Source: Camelus dromedarius | Lineage: Eukaryota | DNA: 64,000 nt | Assembly (NCBI RefSeq): GCF_036321535.1 | Contig: NC_087437.1 | Location: 51,152,001 to 51,216,000, forward strand | Direction: 5' to 3' | Shown: piece by piece, positions 57,233 through 64,000 of the stretch | How positions within the stretch are numbered: position 1 is the stretch's first letter | Layout of the letters: the number at the start of each line of letters is the position of its first letter | The notes under the pieces: model-generated | Database searches by the model: none | The model's input: only the letters and a program-made list of their open reading frames with translations | Told to the model about the DNA's origin: nothing | Translations under genes and position numbers: made by a program

Positions 57233-57280
57233 TCCTTCCTTCCTTCCTTCCTTCCTTCCTTCCTTCCTTCCTTCCTTCCT
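57233..57280. repeat. (TTCC)n microsatellite
   Basis: About 11 tandem ccttcctt-type units. Confidence 0.95.
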
Positions 57281-59211
57281 TTCTTTCTCTACTGAAGGCT
57301 TAAGGGAGGGGCCTGAACCTAGCCATCCAGACCAGTAGGCACCCAGACCTGGTCACTCGTGGTTTTAAGCAGAGAGGTGGAGAGGCACGTGTTCTTGCTT
57401 CTGCCTGAGTGAGCTGTGTGTTCCCTAGTCATGGTCCTGGGAATTTCCCCATTTTCCCCACCTGGGATGGAGTAACCTCTGCATTATTAGAGTTCTGAAT
57501 AATTGCCTTCAGATGCAGAGGCTCCTGGCAAGATGCTCCCTTCCCTCCAGAATTATTTACATTCTATTCTGAGTGATGTTCTGGACTCCCTGCAAAGTGA
57601 CTGACTGATCTTCATTCATGGGACAGGCTCAGACTGTAGCCTGTCCAGTACACAACAAAGGTAACACTCCCTCTCCTCCAAATTACAGAGCCATCTGCCT
57701 GCTGGGGGCCTCTTGGGGACCCTATCCCAGCTTCTTCCCAGTAAATGGCAGTTTGGAGTTTATAATCAAATAGAATGTCTGAGGAGAGACAGGCTTGAAC
57801 CTAATACAGAGACACTTCTGTCTTAGGGACCTTGCTGTTGTCACTACCACTCAACTGATAGAATGGTTAAGAACAGTTTAGGAATATCTGTAACATTTCA
57901 TGATCTACTGTCAAGCTTTGATTTTACTTTCAGGAGACATCTCTAGCCCAAGTTGGAAAAGCTCGATATTGATTCCAGGCTGTTAATGGTTCCCTGGTGC
58001 TCTTATCACAGGACAACTCCTATAATCAAGTTGGCAGGAATGGGCTATTAATTAGGAAATTTCTAATCCCAAGTCGCATAAAACAGAGCAGAACTCTAGA
58101 TACCTCCTTTTTAACATGACCTAATTTGGCACAACTTTTAGACAGTCAGGGCCTGGGGCCTCCCATCAGGCTAATAGCCAGATGAGTTGATGACACGGTC
58201 CTGTCCTCACATTCAAGAAGACATTTTTTCTAACCTATAAACTTGATGGCCAAATACGGCCAAGGACAGTTCAGTATCAGCCAATCTGGCAGATCAATAG
58301 ACAATGCAAAACATCTCCATCCATCATGCTGGTTCATTTACTTTCCTAGAGAGGCATTTATGGAGCCATATGAATGGCAGGGAGTATGGTAAAAAGAGCA
58401 AAAACTCTGGAATCAGAAGGACATATGTTTGAAACTCAGTTACTAACCATGTGTTTGGGGCATTTGCTTGAGCTAAGCTAAAGTTACCCTAGCTATTAAA
58501 AAAAGAAGAAGAAGAAGAATAGGAACAACATGGAAAGGATAGGGTTATTATGAGAAAAAAAATGCTTGGAGGCAGGAATCTCAAGTCTGATCAAATTAAT
58601 AAGAATTTAATAATCACATCCTGACACGGATCTTGCAGTCAAGTCTTCCCTGAACCATGGTTGTAAGAGTTGAAAAAAGATTCTCATGACAAAGAAAACT
58701 GGGCCCTTATACCTTCTCTCCCCATCGTTTTCATGGTGTACCACCTTGTACCATCGAGGCTTCCACCAAGGACAGGTTGGAGCGTCAGTGCTGAACCAAA
58801 GCCCCTTTCTGAGGAAAGTTTTGGGGTTCTGGCCACCACCTCTATGCAGAGAGCACCAAGATGAGTGACTGTTTCACTAAAATGGCAACTTTGCCACCTA
58901 CACATATGTGTTATTTCCTTAAAAATGCCCCTCCCCAATGATCCTTGACACCCGGCTTTCCCTGTGAAATCCCCTCCCCTTGAGGGTGGGTGGGATCAAG
59001 TGACTCCCTTCTAGCAAACAGAATATGGCCAAAGTGATGGGCTGTCAGGTGTGAGAAATCAGTACTAAGGTACTAAGGATGTAACACAAAATGCAGACCA
59101 TGCTTAAGGCATGTATATTGCAAATTAGCCTAAATGGTCATCAATAAGGGTTAAGAACTACAATATACCCATTTGGTGGAACTTTACACAGCCGTTAAGA
59201 GTGATGTAGAA

Positions 59212-59385
59212 CAGTGGTTTCCAAAATGTGGTCCCTGGACCTAAAGCATCAGCACCACTCAGTAACCTGTTAGGCAAATGCTCAGGCTTCACCCCAGATA
59301 CTCTGGTAATGGTCCCCAGCCATGTCTGTTTTAGCAAGACCTGCAGGTGATTGTGATGTACCTGGAAGTTTGAGAACCGTAATGC
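59212..59385 (+). mobile_element. MER5A-like hAT element
   Basis: cagtggtttccaaaatgtggtccc...gcatcagcacc...caggtgattgtgatg...aagtttgagaacc. Confidence 0.75.
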
Positions 59386-59782
59386 ACCTGGAAGTTTGAG
59401 AACCGTAATGCAGAAGAATCAGAATGATATGTTAAGTGAAATGAAAGTTTCAGAGTTATATATTCAGCATAATCACAACTATGTGATTATGTGGACAAAG
59501 ATGACTGAAAAGAGGTGCATTAAAATGTCTGCAGGGGTTATTTCTGAACAACACACACATTTAAAAGTATCCCTCAATGAGAATATTCTTTTACAATCAT
59601 AGCCCTCTGTCCAGAATGCCACAGATAGAGATGGATGGATGGGTGGGTTGGTGGATGGATGGGTGATTGATAGAATGCCGGCAGACAGGCAGAACCTGTA
59701 GTAGGTGGCCGTCCTGGGCAAGAAGCCCAGTGAAGGGTGCTTTCTACAGGAGCTGGCGTGAGGCCACAATAGGGACACCTAC

Positions 59783-59970
59783 CTTGGGCACAGGGTGGCC
59801 TTGCACACGAGTGGAGGTCACGCACTGGCGCACAGCGCCCACGGTCACGACGCTGCTTACGCGCTGCACCTCGTGGAGAACCGCGCGGGTGTAGGGCAGT
59901 CGCTTTCGATCCTCGTAGCGGACCGCCCCAGAGGTGCCGAGCACTGTGTGCAGCTCCTGCTGCACCTTCC
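59783..59970 (-). CDS. CYP2AB1: CYP2AB1 exon 7 (K-helix ExxR)
   Basis: (G)KVQQELHTVLGTSGAVRYEDRKRLPYTRAVLHEVQRVSSVVTVGAVRQCVTSTRVQGHPVPK; 188 nt; donor GTAGGT. Confidence 0.92.
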
Positions 59971-60726
59971 CTGCGCGCGGCTCGGCGTGGGTCCCGGGAA
60001 GGCGCTGCAGCCCGGGCTCCCCACCACACCCTACCCTCCTCGTCCCCACACCCAGACAGCCGCGGAGGCTCATGACCTTAAGGTCGCCCCACCCACACAG
60101 TCACCCCTGGTCACACAGTGGCAGGCCCTCCCTGAGGCAGAGCTTGTGAACTAGATTTTACAGGGTTTCCTCCTCCAGAGGGGACTTGAGGGAAGGGGAA
60201 GGACCCAGATTTGAGCACCCACTATGTGCCAGGTGTTCTATATACAAAGAATCCTATGGGGTAGGAACTGCTGCCTCCATTTTACAGATAGGGAAACTGA
60301 GGCTGCAATCGGACAGGGACTTCTGCACAAGGTCACAAAACTGGTGGAGCCAGGATTTGAACTTAGGTCATAGGCATTTTGCCCCTGAGAGAACTCTTGT
60401 CATCTTTTCCTTCTACAATTGTGGTCATGAGTGGACATCGGCACAGGACCTGGTGAATCATTACTAAAAGAGTGAAATAATATCACCTCACTTCACACTA
60501 GTTCTAAGAGGTTGAAATACTTACCTGAGACCACTCAGTAAGTAGCAGGGTAGGAATAGAACCCTGCACCCCACCCTTCTGACTTAAAGCCATGAACACT
60601 CCCTGTATTACAGAGATAAGATCAGGACCCACCCCTGGGGCTACAGACCAAAGACGTTGATGGTGGCAGGTGCTTCAGGGGAAATGGGCATGGGGCAGCC
60701 AGCCAGGTGTGACCCAGGCCCCTTAC

Positions 60727-60868
60727 CCTGGATGGCTCTGTGCTGGACCATATAGAAGAGTGCCCAGCGCAGGGTAGTGGCCGTGGTGTCCGTGCCTCCC
60801 AGAAACAGATCGATCACCACCTGGATCAGGTTGTCCTCACTGAATGTGGAGACAGGGTCGTCTTTGGT
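60727..60868 (-). CDS. CYP2AB1: CYP2AB1 exon 6 (I-helix); expected acceptor reads AA, not AG
   Basis: TKDDPVSTFSEDNLIQVVIDLFLGGTDTTATTLRWALFYMVQHRAIQ(G); donor GTAAGG. The usual 142-nt CYP2 exon-6 length puts the 5' edge at 60868, preceded by ccaccctccAA. Confidence 0.85.
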
Positions 60869-61286
60869 TTGGAGGGTGGAGGGTGGGTGAAGGGACAGCA
60901 GAGCTTTCTGAAGCTCTCCCCTACAGAGCCCTGGTGTCTCCATGAAGTCTGGCCTAGGCTTGTGGGACAAGAACTCCTCTCGCATCAGACCCCTCAGGAG
61001 GGCCTGAGTCCCAGAACTACATTGACTTTTGGGGGGAAGGGGGACTGCCCCAGGATGCTGGCCCTGACATCACCTAGGTCTCCCACTTCCCACCCTACCC
61101 ATGTCCGCAGGAGCCAGCCCTGGCCTGGGAAAAGACAGGGAAGAAAACGCCAAACGCCTGCTGCTTCAGCGTGTTCTGACAGCTTGTAGACTGCGGAAAG
61201 GGTGAGGAATGGAGGCCCTGGCCCTGTAACGAGGTGCAGCCAAGAAGACAGCCTCCCCCTTCCCTCTGCATCCATTTCAGGCCCAC

Positions 61287-61460
61287 CTTGGTGATCTGGG
61301 CCAGGTAGCAGCTGATGAAGGCCTTGGGGGCTTCAGAGGCGCTGAGTTTGTGTCTGTTGATCTCCTGGCAGAGGTAGCCCTGAACAGCCTCCTGGTACCT
61401 AAACATCTCCTGGTGGGGGCCTGGGAGGCGGCGGAAGGCCCAAGGGAGCATGTCGTACAG
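61287..61460 (-). CDS. CYP2AB1: CYP2AB1 exon 5
   Basis: LYDMLPWAFRRLPGPHQEMFRYQEAVQGYLCQEINRHKLSASEAPKAFISCYLAQITK; 174 nt; AG/GT; phase 0 at both ends. Confidence 0.92.
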
Positions 61461-61937
61461 CTGTAGGGGAAGAGGCCGTCCAGGCACTGCTCAGGTGCTG
61501 GCCCTGAGTTTGGGCAGCTGAGACTGGTGCTGGGGGCGCCAAGCAGGCTAGGACCTCTGACGTGGGCATCCCAGGCCTGCTTGTCATCTGGAGACCCTCC
61601 ACACTCCCAAAATAATCTAGACAGAAGTGAAAACAGTGGTAGCAGACATTGAACCCAGGGCTCAGCTAGGATGGTGCAGGCCCAGAAACGTGTTTAAGGG
61701 GATCTAACCTGTCTCTTCCCCCTGCCCACGCTTCCATGATGAACCACAGCAAATGTTTTGATGCTGTGAGTGTCATTTTGCTGAGCAGAGGCTGCCTGAG
61801 GGACACAGATTCAGGCCCTGGGCCTTCCTTCTGCCAACCTCACACCTTCCCTGCCAGGCTCTGGCAGAAGCCCTGCCTGCCCTGGGCCCCAAGCTGTCCA
61901 ATGGTCCCCATACCTACCTTCCCAAGGGCCAACTTAC

Positions 61938-62098
61938 CCGGTGCCAAATGGTGCTGACAAAGGCCAGGCCAAAGTCGATGGCTTGAATCATGTCCTTGAG
62001 GAAAGGGTCCTCCAGGAGGAAGCGGCGGCCAAACACGAGGGCCCCAATGACTCTGGCAGTGGACCTGACAATGGGTACCTGAGGGTCGAAGGGTCTAC
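61938..62098 (-). CDS. CYP2AB1: CYP2AB1 exon 4
   Basis: (G)RPFDPQVPIVRSTARVIGALVFGRRFLLEDPFLKDMIQAIDFGLAFVSTIWHR; 161 nt; donor GTAAGT. Confidence 0.92.
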
Positions 62099-62688
62099 CT
62101 GAGAGCAGAGGGGAAGGGCCCAGGGTGAGGAGGCAAAAAGAGCACTGCCCTGAGCGTTAATGCAATCTGTATACAGTCGTTCATTGCCTTATCCATTCAT
62201 ACTCAGTCCTCATTCATTCACTCAACAAATGCTTACTGGGCACCTTCTATGAGCCAGGCTCAGTGACAGGCACTGGGTTTGCAGGGAGGGTGTGGAAGAC
62301 AGACACCATTTAAACATATTAGAATGTGGAGCAGGTATGTCCCAACTGAGAACAAAGGCTGGAGGGAACAGCTGTCCCTGGGATAATTCAGGGAGGGCTT
62401 CTTAGGCAGATGATGTCAACCAGGTCTGAAAGGAGCAGTGGTTTCTCATAGGGAGGGAAGGAGTGTGGATTAGGATATTCTGGAGGGGGAACAGCACATG
62501 CAAAGTTTTAGAGGGGTCAAAGGCCTGAGATGTTGAGGAAAGACGTTTCCCCACGTGTAGAGAAGGGCTTCAGGCTTCCCAGCAGACTGGATGTTCCTAT
62601 GACCGTGTCTGTCCGCCTTATGGAAAGTCCCTATTTGTTGATGTAGCTCATAAATCCCCTACTGGACCCTCAAAGGGTCCACCTCTTT

Positions 62689-62691
<3 letters not shown>

Positions 62692-62746
<55 letters not shown>
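62692..62746. repeat. (CA)n microsatellite in CYP2AB1 intron 3
   Basis: About 27 uninterrupted AC units. Confidence 0.97.
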
Positions 62747-62748
<2 letters not shown>

Positions 62749-62828
62749 CAAGGCTCAGCCTCCTTGCAGGGATGTTCATGTGTGTGTTGTAGGGGGATTA
62801 GGGTAGCCCGCCCTAGCCTGCTCCTTAC

Positions 62829-62978
62829 CCTGCTCCCGGTGGAAGGCCTCAGCCAGCTCCGCTGCCTCTTCCTGCAGCTGCAGCTCCAGCGCCCGCTTGC
62901 CTAGGCCCAGCCCCCGAAGCGTCGCCAGGCAGAAGCGTCTCTGCTGCCACCACATGTGCCCATTGCTGCAGATGACTC
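62829..62978 (-). CDS. CYP2AB1: CYP2AB1 exon 3 (C-helix WxxxR)
   Basis: (G)VICSNGHMWWQQRRFCLATLRGLGLGKRALELQLQEEAAELAEAFHREQ(G); 150 nt; AG/GT. Confidence 0.92.
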
Positions 62979-63638
62979 CTGGGCCCAGACTGGGGGACAG
63001 TCAGGAGGCCCTCCCAACCTCCCAGGCCAAGGCCACCTGGCTCTCACCTAGGCCGGGCGGGTAGACCCCAGGACAGCTTCCCAATCAGCTGGGGCTGGTA
63101 CTCTGACTCCGGCGAAGGGCATTTGGGAATTGTGGGGTCCACGCACCTGGTGCCCTCAAGGTGGCTTCAGCTATGGCCTCCTCCCAGGCCGCCGAGCTGA
63201 TTTTGCCTTTGAGTCCCCACAAGAAATGGAGGAGGAGATAAAGAACGGATGGGAAGACGGAGCCTGGGGGGAGGATGGGAGGGGAGGGCATTTGCTGAGC
63301 CAGGTGCTGTACCGGGCACTCTCAGGTACTGGGGTCCCTTAATCTCTTCCACGGCCCTGGGAGGAGAATAGTCACTGTCGCCATCTAGCAGATGAGTACA
63401 CCGAGGGATGGAGCGTGAGACTGACTGGCCTGGTCACAGAGCTGGCAGGGAGCGGCTGAGACTTGACCTCGGGTCTTTCTGACCCCAGAGCTGGTTCCTC
63501 CCCGTGCCTTCACCTCACACAGAGGTGCTAGAGGAGACCCAAGTCCTCCTGGCAGCTTCCTCCCTGTTGACACTTCTGGGCCACCCTGGGCTCGATCCCC
63601 CAAGTGCAGTCACCCCCCAGTAGGGAGGGCAGCCTTGC

Positions 63639-63801
63639 CTCTTTCTCCAATCAGGTCCTGGAAGATGGGGGTGAGGGGCCGGCCGGAGAACTGCTCCGAG
63701 TTGGAGACCAGGGCTTCCTTCACCGCCCGAAAGCCGCTCAGCACCACCACGGGTGTCGGGCCCACCCACACGGTGAACACGCTGCCGTGAGCCTGGGCCA
63801 G
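63639..63801 (-). CDS. CYP2AB1: CYP2AB1 exon 2 (non-canonical GC donor)
   Basis: cag|LAQAHGSVFTVWVGPTPVVVLSGFRAVKEALVSNSEQFSGRPLTPIFQDLIGER(G); 163 nt as in CYP2 exon 2; followed by GCAAGG. Exon 1 is outside the window. Confidence 0.9.
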
Positions 63802-64000
63802 CTGCCGAGAGACAGGGACCCAGCGCTGTAGAGAAAGCACAGCTGGCCCCGTTCCCCGGGGCCTTCGCCTTGGCATGAGTCCCCACCTTCTTCGGGCACC
63901 CAGTCCTCACCTCAGGTGTGCCTTCTCAGAGCACCCGCCACCCCATTCCCCATACCAGCCAAACCCCGGGTTCCCACGGTCAGCACTGGTGCCAGCTGGG

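Overview
Mammalian genomic DNA, most likely camelid (camel/alpaca lineage), inferred from seven tRNA-Ala-derived Vic-1-type SINEs and no obvious ruminant or primate SINEs. It carries three minus-strand genes in the order known from the human 3q27.1 region. (1) MAP6D1: coding exon 1 and its CpG island; downstream exons were not found and probably lie left of the window. (2) PARL, the mitochondrial rhomboid protease: complete, 10 coding exons, 1140 nt, 379 aa, all introns GT-AG, catalytic Ser277/His335 intact. (3) CYP2AB1, a cytochrome P450: exons 2-9; exon 1 lies beyond the right edge. The rest is intronic or intergenic DNA dense in L1, MIR/L2, MaLR and ERV LTRs and Tigger2/MER DNA elements; repeat family names and most boundaries are by eye and approximate. 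The best leads are a destroyed intron-5 acceptor (AA for AG) and a GC donor in an otherwise open CYP2AB1, a strong-Kozak out-of-frame upstream ATG in PARL opening an 86-aa spliced overlapping ORF, and two candidate extra PARL exons. I found no evidence for a wholly new multi-gene system.
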